From Patescibacteria group bacterium (GTDB lineage: Bacteria > Patescibacteriota > Patescibacteriia > Patescibacteriales > UBA12465), in the NCBI GenBank assembly GCA_041649315.1, contig JBAZNJ010000001.1:133869-197868 (forward strand): 64,000 bases of DNA. Direction: 5' to 3'. The notes under the pieces were generated by a model. The model was not told where the DNA came from. It was given only the letters and a program-made list of their open reading frames with translations, and made no database searches. The translations under genes were made by a program, and so were the position numbers. This document shows, one piece after another, positions 52,734 through 59,514 of this stretch; the first letter of the stretch is position 1, and the number at the start of each line of letters is the position of its first letter.

Positions 52734-52928
52734 TTAATTATTTAATATTTCATTTTTTAATTCTTTGATATCATGTTCATTTTCAAGCTTAACGCCCGAC
52801 TCAAATTTATATAACAGAGGAATAACGCCGCACTCGGCGCACTTCCCCCATTTACAACCACCTTTTTCCTTAAAAAGCCTGGCGCAGGTTTTAGTTTCTT
52901 TCTTATAAACGTCGGAAAAATATTTCAT
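52734..52928 (-). CDS. Small four-cysteine protein, unknown function
   Basis: 64-aa ORF, 13 bp upstream of dnaK. Cys pattern C15-x9-C25-x4-C30-x2-C33 (GGCKWGKCAECG). Confidence 0.45.
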   Translation of the reverse strand: MKYFSDVYKKETKTCARLFKEKGGCKWGKCAECGVIPLLYKFESGVKLENEHDIKELKNEILNN

Positions 52929-52992
52929 ACTTTTAATTATTAACTAATTTTCGGCTCGCTTTTTTCAAGCGGACCGATTTATCAACTAACAA

Positions 52993-53424
52993 TTATTTCT
53001 TTTTATTCTGGATCTTAATCGTTTTTGGCTTCACTTCAGCCGCTTTCGGAACAGTAATTTTTAATACCCCGTCCTCATTCACGGCTATTGCCTGGTCGCC
53101 ATCAACCTTAGTCGGCAAAGGAATAGAGCGATAAAAAGAGCCACGACGGATTTCCTTGCGATAATAATTTTTCTCATCCACCTCGCTTTTCTTCTCGCTC
53201 TCGCCTTTAATAGACAGGACATTATTCTCAATCGAAATATCAACCTTATCAGGATCAATGCCGCCAAGCTGGGTTTCAATTACGATATTATCCTTGTCCT
53301 CATACATATCAACCGCTGGCGTAAAGCCGAATTGATTGCCCCGGACAGCCGGCAACATGGATTCTAAACTTTTTTCCATGTCGTCGAACTCCGGAAAAAA
53401 TGGTGTCCATTTTATTAATGACAT
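52993..53424 (-). CDS. Small heat-shock protein (Hsp20/alpha-crystallin)
   Basis: 143-aa ORF. PAVDMYEDKDNIVIETQLGGIDPDKVDISIENNVLSIKGE...YRSIPLP...GVLKITVPK. Confidence 0.93.
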   Translation of the reverse strand: MSLIKWTPFFPEFDDMEKSLESMLPAVRGNQFGFTPAVDMYEDKDNIVIETQLGGIDPDKVDISIENNVLSIKGESEKKSEVDEKNYYRKEIRRGSFYRSIPLPTKVDGDQAIAVNEDGVLKITVPKAAEVKPKTIKIQNKKK

Positions 53425-53435
53425 AGATTTTATGC

Positions 53436-53481
53436 TTCTTCCCGTAAAACTCAGTCCTAAGCTGAGTGGATAGGGGAAGAA
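53436..53481 (-). promoter_or_regulatory. Structured hsp20 leader hairpin (candidate thermosensor)
   Basis: The mRNA reads UUCUUCCC-CUAUCC-ACUCAG-CUUAGGA-CUGAGU-UUUAC-GGGAAGAA, ending 11 nt before the AUG. 8-bp outer and 6-bp inner stems counted by hand. Confidence 0.35.
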
Positions 53482-53527
53482 TAAAATTATTAATTAATTT
53501 CTAATTTCCTGCCTGCCGGTAGGCAGG

Positions 53528-53590
53528 CTAAACCCATGAATATTAATTTCAAATTTCTAAACCCATGAATATTAATTTCAAATTTCTAAA
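53528..53590. repeat. 29-bp perfect tandem repeat (2 copies plus a 5-nt third start) in the grpE-hsp20 spacer
   Basis: CTAAACCCATGAATATTAATTTCAAATTT at 53528-53556 and 53557-53585, then CTAAA. Confidence 0.9.
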
Positions 53591-53763
53591 TCCTAATTTC
53601 CAATCAAATCCAAATTTTTAAATTAAAATGTCAAAATTAGAAATTGTGATTTTGTTATTGATTGGAAATTGGAAATTTGACATTAGAAATTTTAAAAATA
53701 ATCTTTTAATCTTTATTTTTTTAATTTTAAATTTTAAATTTTAAATCTTTAATGTTTAATTTT

Positions 53764-54384
53764 TCAATCTTTCACAATCACTTTCGCCGGCCTAATTACT
53801 TTTCCGTTCAACTTATAGCCCGGCATAATCTCCTGCTTAATTTTTTCACCGGTTCCATCTATCGCTTCCATCAAATCATGATCAAATTTTTCGCCCTCGG
53901 TTTTAATTTCTTCAATGCCGCGCGTTGCCAAAACTTCCTTAAATTGTTTTAAAACATGTTTCACCCCTTCAACCCAGGCGCTCTGGCTTTCTTCTTCGCT
54001 TAAACCTTTAAGCGATAACTTTAAATGATCATAAACCGGCAAGATATCATGTAAAAAATCTTCCACCGCGTATTTAACAAATTCTTCTTTTTCCTTAGCG
54101 CTCTGTTTGACTAAATTTTGGTAATCGGCCAAGGCGCGGAGGTATTTTTGATTATCGCTTTCCACATCTTCTTCTCGCAAAAATTCAAATCTCGGCTTCT
54201 TTTCCCCCTTCAACTCGACTTCTCCTAAAAACATTTTTTTAGGTCGAACCCAAATTTTATTTTCATTATTAACATCACGATATATTATTAATTGTTCTTT
54301 ATTTTCCGAATGAGTAGCTTCACTCAAAAAAATATATTCTCCTCCTTTATAATGGCGGTAAATTCCTTTTTTTAATTCACTCAT
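53764..54384 (-). CDS. grpE: GrpE nucleotide-exchange factor with an N-terminal DUF1653-like domain
   Basis: ATG at 54384, 1 nt after the hrcA stop. N-terminal GIYRHYKGGEYIFLSEATHSENKEQLIIYRD...IWVRPKKMF is DUF1653-like. C-terminal LRALADYQNL...FDHDLMEAI...PGYKLNGKVIRPAKVIV is GrpE. Confidence 0.85.
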   Translation of the reverse strand: MSELKKGIYRHYKGGEYIFLSEATHSENKEQLIIYRDVNNENKIWVRPKKMFLGEVELKGEKKPRFEFLREEDVESDNQKYLRALADYQNLVKQSAKEKEEFVKYAVEDFLHDILPVYDHLKLSLKGLSEEESQSAWVEGVKHVLKQFKEVLATRGIEEIKTEGEKFDHDLMEAIDGTGEKIKQEIMPGYKLNGKVIRPAKVIVKD

Positions 54385-54385
54385 A

Positions 54386-55075
54386 TTATTCAAACTTATT
54401 CTTAATAAATTCCACTAGCGCTAAATTGCGCCCATAATCCATGCGCATCGGCCCTAAAATCCCGAAAACGCCGTCTTGATTATTATTCTTGTACTTGACT
54501 AAAACCGTGCTTAAAAAATTTCCAAAAGGATTCTTAGATCCAATCAAAACCTGCGCGCCGTCTTTTAATTCTTCGAAGGTATCATCAATAATTTCTTCCA
54601 AACGGTCAATAACCGCGGACACGTCGCTAATCGCGTCAACCCGGGCAAATTCCGGCTGAGCGAAAAGATTGGCGAGGCCGGTATAATATAGATCATTTTT
54701 ATGAAAAGCCCAAAATACCGCGCCGCCAGCCAATTCCGCGATTACCTTGGCTGTCCGTTTATAAGCGGCTTCTTCCGCAGCAAACAAGCCCTCTAATAAT
54801 TTAAATTCGCTATCTTTTAAATTTTTCTTCTTTATTTCCGATAAATTTTCTAAAAACAATTCGTAAGCGGCTTCGGTCGGCACGCGGCCGGCCGAAGTAT
54901 GCGGCTGGTAGATATAGCCTTCTTCCTCAAGCTCCATCATTTCATTCCGCACAGTCGCCGGAGAGACCTCCAGCTTATATTTCTCTACTAATCCACCCGA
55001 AGAAACCGGCGTCGCGGTTTTTATGTATTCGCAAATAATTGTTTCTAAAAGGAATTTTTTACGATCGGAAATCAT
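54386..55075 (-). CDS. hrcA: Heat-inducible transcription repressor HrcA (compact, 229 aa)
   Basis: N-terminal wHTH RKKFLLETIICEYIKTATPVSSGGLVEKY...SPATVRNEMMELEEEGYIYQPHTSAGRVPT and C-terminal GILGPMRMDYGRNLALVEFI. Confidence 0.85.
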   Translation of the reverse strand: MISDRKKFLLETIICEYIKTATPVSSGGLVEKYKLEVSPATVRNEMMELEEEGYIYQPHTSAGRVPTEAAYELFLENLSEIKKKNLKDSEFKLLEGLFAAEEAAYKRTAKVIAELAGGAVFWAFHKNDLYYTGLANLFAQPEFARVDAISDVSAVIDRLEEIIDDTFEELKDGAQVLIGSKNPFGNFLSTVLVKYKNNNQDGVFGILGPMRMDYGRNLALVEFIKNKFE

Positions 55076-55140
55076 AAAATTATAGCTGTATTCATTTATA
55101 TTTTATGGCTAAAAAATCTACTAAAAATCCATCTGTTTAC

Positions 55141-55169
55141 ATTATAAACAAACTTAGCACTCCCGTCAA
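55141..55169 (-). promoter_or_regulatory. hrcA-grpE promoter TTGACG-17-TATAAT overlapping CIRCE
   Basis: Minus strand has TTGACG (55169-55164, inside the CIRCE spacer), 17 nt, then TATAAT (55146-55141). Confidence 0.65.
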
Positions 55170-55180
55170 GAGAGTGCTAA
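55154..55180. promoter_or_regulatory. CIRCE operator upstream of hrcA
   Basis: Perfect TTAGCACTC-N9-GAGTGCTAA. Confidence 0.92.
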
Positions 55181-55223
55181 TTATTTAAAAACCTAACAAT
55201 AAAAAGCATTTATAGCTTTAAAA

Positions 55224-55733
55224 TCATTCCGTCTCAACAAACCCCGCTCGCTCCCGATATATTAAATAATTCTGATATTGCCCCGGACTCAAAAGTTGTT
55301 CCGTTTTAAAACCCTGACTGGCGCGATAAATTATGGAATAATTACGAGGCGAATAATTATTGATAAAACAATCGGAAATTAAATGAACGAAACCGGCCGC
55401 AGCCAAACTTATTAAAAAAATCGCGACTTTTTTCTTTTGGCGAACTAAATAGGCAATGATTAAAAGTATGGGGACCAGCTCCCAGGCATGAAAAAAAAGA
55501 TAAGTTCGCTCACTGGCTAAAAATTGGTAGCCGTTAAAAAATTCCGTAAAACTAAAACGCAAGCCAAAAGTTAAAAAATATTCCAAGACATGATCTAAAT
55601 CAATCAAGCATCCGCCCATTATCCCAGCAATAACCCCCAGCCGCATATTCTTAAAATATCGGCCGCAGAAATAACCGGTTAAAACCGCGACTATGAAATG
55701 GAGTGATAAATGAAGCGCTAAAGGCATAAGCAA
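55224..55733 (-). CDS. Membrane protein, YdjM/DUF457-like putative metal-dependent hydrolase
   Basis: 169-aa ORF with 4-5 TM segments and His/Asp motifs DLDHVLEY, HAWE, HLISD. Confidence 0.45.
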   Translation of the reverse strand: MLMPLALHLSLHFIVAVLTGYFCGRYFKNMRLGVIAGIMGGCLIDLDHVLEYFLTFGLRFSFTEFFNGYQFLASERTYLFFHAWELVPILLIIAYLVRQKKKVAIFLISLAAAGFVHLISDCFINNYSPRNYSIIYRASQGFKTEQLLSPGQYQNYLIYRERAGFVETE

Positions 55734-55744
55734 TAAAAAAATAA

Positions 55745-57889
55745 CTAACGACTACTATAATACCAACTTAAAATATCCCTGGCAATCGGCGCGGCCATGG
55801 TACTGCCCTCCACGCCTTCTTCGACCAAAACAGTAATCACAATCTCCGGATTTTCATAAGGCGCGAAGCCGGTGAACCAGGCGTGCGGATCCTTACCGAC
55901 CGACCATTGCGCCGTTCCGGTCTTGCCGGCTACGGCCACCGGCAGAGAATACAAGGATTGGGCGCTGCCGACGGTTATGGTCTCCCGCATACCTTGGCGG
56001 ACTATTTCTAAATTAGCCGGATCAATAAAATCTTGACGAATTATTTCCGGCGCTATCTCCCTAATCACTTCATTATTATCTCCCAAAATCTTGGTAACTA
56101 AACGCGGCTGGTAAAGAATGCCGTTATTGGCTATGGCCGCGGTATAATTCGCAACCTGGAGCGGCGTAACTAAAACATCGCCCTGGCCGATCGCGAAATG
56201 ATAAGTATCGCCAATATACCAAGGATCTCCCTTTGTTTCTTCTTTCCATTCGGCAGTCGGAACAAAACCGGAACGTTCGCCGGGCAGGTCAATACCGCTC
56301 GGCTCACCTAAACCGAACAGCCTTGAATATTTTATTAAACCGCTTAATCCCAAACCGGAAAAATCGCCATAACCGCCGCCGATATAATAGAAAAAAGTAT
56401 TAACCGACTCGGCCAAGGCCTTGCGGACATTGGTCGCGCCATGGCCGCCAGCCTTCCAATCCGGAAAAAACCAAGCGCTAATCGCTAAACCGCCCGTGCT
56501 TAAAAAGCTTGTCCGCTCGGTAATTATTCCTTCCTCTAAGGCGGCGGCGGCAAAGATCGGCTTAATCGTTGATCCGGAGGGAAATTCGCCGCTGACCGGC
56601 CGGTTAAACAAGGGTAAATTTTTATCATTTAAAAATCTATCATACTCTTCTTGGCTAATGCCGCGGGCAAAAAGATTATTATCATAAGCCGGCAAAGAAA
56701 CCAAAGATAAAATCTCTCCGTTATTTGGATCCATGATTACGACCGAAGCGCGACTAAGATTATTCCTGGTTAAATATGACCGGGTGATTTCTTCCGTTTT
56801 ATTCTGTAAAGCCGCGTCAATTGATAGCTGTAAGCTATACCCGTCCTCGGCCGGCGTTTCATTGATTATCTTTTTCTGGCGGCCGAGCGCGTCAACCTCA
56901 ATATTTTTCTGGCCGGTTTTTCCTTTAAGCTCTTTTTCCCAAGACAATTCAATCCCGGTCTTGCCGATATAATCAATTGAAGAATATTCCGCTCCTAAAT
57001 TTTCCAATTCTTTTTCGCTGATTTTTCCGGTATAGCCTAAAACATGGGCCAAGCTGCTTGATTCTAAAACTTCGGCCGCGGCAATATCCGGACCGGCCGG
57101 TGCCAAATATTCCCGCCGAATCTTGCTGGATAAAAATACGCCCGGCCATTCCGGTAATTTTAAAACAACCAACATTGCTTTGGCATAATCAATATTATCG
57201 GCGACAAAAAAGGGCTGGTATGATTCTAAAGAACCGCGTTTAATCTCGCCTAAATCTTCTTTTAATTTATAGAAAGCAGCTTCATCAGAAATAATATCTA
57301 AGGACCCTAAACCGGCGTTCGAATCCGGGCGATTCGGCGCCGTTAAGTCGATCGGATTGGTTAAAATAGAAGACTCTTCATCCAAGGCGTCTCCCTTTTC
57401 TAAAACATAAATAATTTCCCGCAAAATCTGATCGCGGGCTAATTCTTCCGCCGGCAAATTGATTGGCCGCAGATATAAAACAAAATTAGCTTTATTCCGA
57501 ACCAAAGGCGATAAATTACGATCATAGATTATACCCCGCTTCGGCTCGATTGTTTCCGCCCGCAAACGATTACCCTCGGCTAAGAGGGAATAATATTCAT
57601 GCTGGCTGATCTGCAGCCAAGCGGCGCGAAAAATTAAAACCAACAAGCCGATCAAAACCGCTAAAATAAAATATTTTAAGCGGCTAAAATCAAAAGAGCG
57701 GCTGACGGTTTCTTTATGCCCGGTATCGGCCAAAAAAGATTCTTCGGTCCAATCGGTATAATAGAAAGAATCCTTAAGCCGGCCAAAACTAAAACGGCCC
57801 TCCTTAACTGAAAAAGGGTCTTCGCCGCGCTCCCGCAAATGATCTTTTGCCCGGTTTTTATGGATATTTTTGAAAAATTTATCAATCAT
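55745..57889 (-). CDS. Class B penicillin-binding protein (PBP2/FtsI-type transpeptidase)
   Basis: SxxK motif GSTIKP and KTGTAQ. N-terminal TM. The ORF track starts at a TTG at 57928; ATG at 57889 (MIDKFF) preferred. Confidence 0.9.
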   Translation of the reverse strand: MIDKFFKNIHKNRAKDHLRERGEDPFSVKEGRFSFGRLKDSFYYTDWTEESFLADTGHKETVSRSFDFSRLKYFILAVLIGLLVLIFRAAWLQISQHEYYSLLAEGNRLRAETIEPKRGIIYDRNLSPLVRNKANFVLYLRPINLPAEELARDQILREIIYVLEKGDALDEESSILTNPIDLTAPNRPDSNAGLGSLDIISDEAAFYKLKEDLGEIKRGSLESYQPFFVADNIDYAKAMLVVLKLPEWPGVFLSSKIRREYLAPAGPDIAAAEVLESSSLAHVLGYTGKISEKELENLGAEYSSIDYIGKTGIELSWEKELKGKTGQKNIEVDALGRQKKIINETPAEDGYSLQLSIDAALQNKTEEITRSYLTRNNLSRASVVIMDPNNGEILSLVSLPAYDNNLFARGISQEEYDRFLNDKNLPLFNRPVSGEFPSGSTIKPIFAAAALEEGIITERTSFLSTGGLAISAWFFPDWKAGGHGATNVRKALAESVNTFFYYIGGGYGDFSGLGLSGLIKYSRLFGLGEPSGIDLPGERSGFVPTAEWKEETKGDPWYIGDTYHFAIGQGDVLVTPLQVANYTAAIANNGILYQPRLVTKILGDNNEVIREIAPEIIRQDFIDPANLEIVRQGMRETITVGSAQSLYSLPVAVAGKTGTAQWSVGKDPHAWFTGFAPYENPEIVITVLVEEGVEGSTMAAPIARDILSWYYSSR

Positions 57890-58028
57890 AGTTAAATATA
57901 TCTTATCGCGGATTAAGGGGAAAAGCAAATTAGGGATTTAACGGAAAAACAAGCATTAACCATAAAACATTGGCTCCCTTATAGCCGAAAACTCCAATTT
58001 CAGCCCCGACAATCATTCTTTATTTTTT

Positions 58029-58057
58029 CTTTAGAAAAACTTTAACTTTTTTTCAGG
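58029..58057 (+). promoter_or_regulatory. Box A: operator-like 29-mer with an 11-bp-phased direct repeat
   Basis: CTTTAGAAAAACTTTAACTTTTTTTCAGG. Half-sites CTTTAG / CTTTAA are 11 bp apart. TATAAT at 58068-58073. Confidence 0.45.
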
Positions 58058-58107
58058 GGAAATAATTTATAATGGAGAATGAAGATAAAAAATAAAAAAA
58101 TAAAAAC

Positions 58108-58278
58108 ATGAGCTTAAGCAAAACCTGCAAAAAACATCGTTGTTTAAAAACCGGGGTCTGCCGCCATAAAACCTGGCTCGGCAACCTGGCGCTCTGCCGA
58201 ATCGGGGATAAGCAGTGTCCTTACTGCTCGCCGACTCCGTTCGGACGCTACGAACCGGAAGATATTCTCCTGCCTTAG
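58108..58278 (+). CDS. Candidate 56-codon Cys-rich basic peptide ORF
   Basis: MSLSKTCKKHRCLKTGVCRHKTWLGNLALCRIGDKQCPYCSPTPFGRYEPEDILLP, 6 Cys. GC-richer than the AT-rich flanks. A-rich leader with no SD. Below the ORF-track cutoff. Confidence 0.35.
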   Translation: MSLSKTCKKHRCLKTGVCRHKTWLGNLALCRIGDKQCPYCSPTPFGRYEPEDILLP

Positions 58279-58300
58279 CCGGAGTAATTCTTCTTGAACT

Positions 58301-58336
58301 TGATCCGCCCCTCGCTATTAAGCCGGGGGCGGGTCA
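58301..58336 (+). terminator. GC-rich hairpin between the peptide ORF and the regulator gene (terminator/attenuator candidate)
   Basis: TGATCCGCCCC (58301-58311) pairs with GGGGCGGGTCA (58326-58336): 11 bp with one G-U, 14-nt loop, followed by ATTTATATTTTA. Confidence 0.45.
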
Positions 58337-58467
58337 ATTTATATTTTATAAATCCAAGAAAAAAACAAGCCTACCTTTAGCCTAAGCCGGAAAATAAATC
58401 AGCTTAAATGTAAAAAAATTTGTCTTAGTAATAAAAATATCTTACAATAAAATAATAATACTAATTT

Positions 58468-59145
58468 ATGAAAATTCTTCTAATCGAGGACGACGAAAAT
58501 ATTGTCGATTCTCTCATTGCTCTCCTAAAAACCGCCGGCCACGCGACAGAAACAGCCTCTGACGGCGAACGCGGTTATCGCTTTGCCCGCTCCGGCGATT
58601 ATGACCTGATAATAATGGATTACAATCTGCCGAAAATGAATGGCCGAGAAATAACGAAAAAAATAAGAGAAGAAAAAATAAATACTCCGATTCTAATGCT
58701 TACTGTCCGAAACAAACTGGACGATAAAGTTGAGCTTCTTAATCTCGGCGTTGATGATTATTTAGCAAAACCTTTTGCCGCGGCCGAACTTTTGGCGCGT
58801 TTAAAGGCGCTTAGCCGGCGGCCGCGCGTCTGGCAAGGCCATATTTTAAAAAACGGCAACCTGGAACTAGATCCGGATCGTTTTTTAGTGACTAAAAACG
58901 GCCAACGGATCGTTTTATCCGGAAAAGAATTTTCTCTTCTTGAATGTTTAATGAAACACGAAGGCCGGATTCTTTCCCGCCAGGAAATAATGGAAAAGGT
59001 CTGGGATGAAAACGCCGATCCTTTCTCGAACACGATTGAAGTCCATATCATGAATTTACGAAAAAAATTAGAAGAGCGCGGCGAAACTATAATCGCCACG
59101 ATTTCCGGACGCGGCTATCGAATTGAAACGCCCGCGGAAAAATAA
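58468..59145 (+). CDS. OmpR/PhoB-family response regulator
   Basis: 225-aa ORF. Receiver MKILLIEDDENI...DLIIMDYNLPKMNG...DDYLAKPF and winged-helix C-terminus LSGKEFSLLECLM...RGYRI. Confidence 0.93.
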   Translation: MKILLIEDDENIVDSLIALLKTAGHATETASDGERGYRFARSGDYDLIIMDYNLPKMNGREITKKIREEKINTPILMLTVRNKLDDKVELLNLGVDDYLAKPFAAAELLARLKALSRRPRVWQGHILKNGNLELDPDRFLVTKNGQRIVLSGKEFSLLECLMKHEGRILSRQEIMEKVWDENADPFSNTIEVHIMNLRKKLEERGETIIATISGRGYRIETPAEK

Positions 59146-59230
59146 ATAATTTCCGATCTAGCAGCCATGCGAACCAGCCAAAATTTTTTATCTCATTACA
59201 CATTCCCGTTAAATATCCGATAAAAATTAT

Positions 59231-59259
59231 CTTTAGAAAAATCTTAACTTTTCTTCAGG
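59231..59259 (+). promoter_or_regulatory. Box B: second copy of the 29-mer (26/29 identical to box A)
   Basis: CTTTAGAAAAATCTTAACTTTTCTTCAGG, 86 nt after the regulator stop codon. Confidence 0.45.
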
Positions 59260-59350
59260 CCGCCTTTGCTAAGATAAAGGCGGCGGCAAATTCCTCGAGC
59301 GGAATTAGAAAAGTCGATGTTGCCTTACTCTAGTTCTAAATTTTTGCTCT

Positions 59351-59464
59351 ATGTTGAAAAGTAATCAAAATTCATCTCGGACGAAGAGTCACAAAGAAAA
59401 TCAGGCCTTATTGGCGATGATTTTAGCAACTGCTCTTAATCCTGGAACTCCCTGGCGCAGTTAA
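59351..59464 (+). CDS. Candidate 37-codon leader ORF
   Basis: MLKSNQNSSRTKSHKENQALLAMILATALNPGTPWRS. The stop is 6 nt before the terminator stem. No SD. May be non-coding leader RNA instead. Confidence 0.2.
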   Translation: MLKSNQNSSRTKSHKENQALLAMILATALNPGTPWRS

Positions 59465-59470
59465 AAAGAA

Positions 59471-59505
59471 AAAACACTTCTTCCTTAGAAGAAGTGTTTT
59501 GTTTT
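59471..59505 (+). terminator. Strong intrinsic terminator 10 nt upstream of the kinase start codon
   Basis: AAAACACTTCTTC-CTTA-GAAGAAGTGTTTT, a stem of about 13 bp, followed by GTTTT. Confidence 0.75.
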
Positions 59506-59514
59506 ATCATAAAT

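Noticed and set aside
53508-53527. GC hairpin CCTGCCT-GCCGGT-AGGCAGG as the grpE terminator.
   Set aside because: No U-tract follows on either strand. It may be a REP-like or processing hairpin, so it is not called a terminator.
53528-53590. Possible CRISPR array because of perfect 29-bp direct repeats.
   Set aside because: The repeats are directly adjacent with no spacers, there are only about 2 copies, the sequence is AT-rich and non-palindromic, and no cas genes are in the window.
59494-59514. GTG start at 59494 for the histidine kinase (MFCFIIN...).
   Set aside because: The GTG lies inside the 3' arm of the strong terminator stem. The ATG at 59515 directly follows the U-tract.
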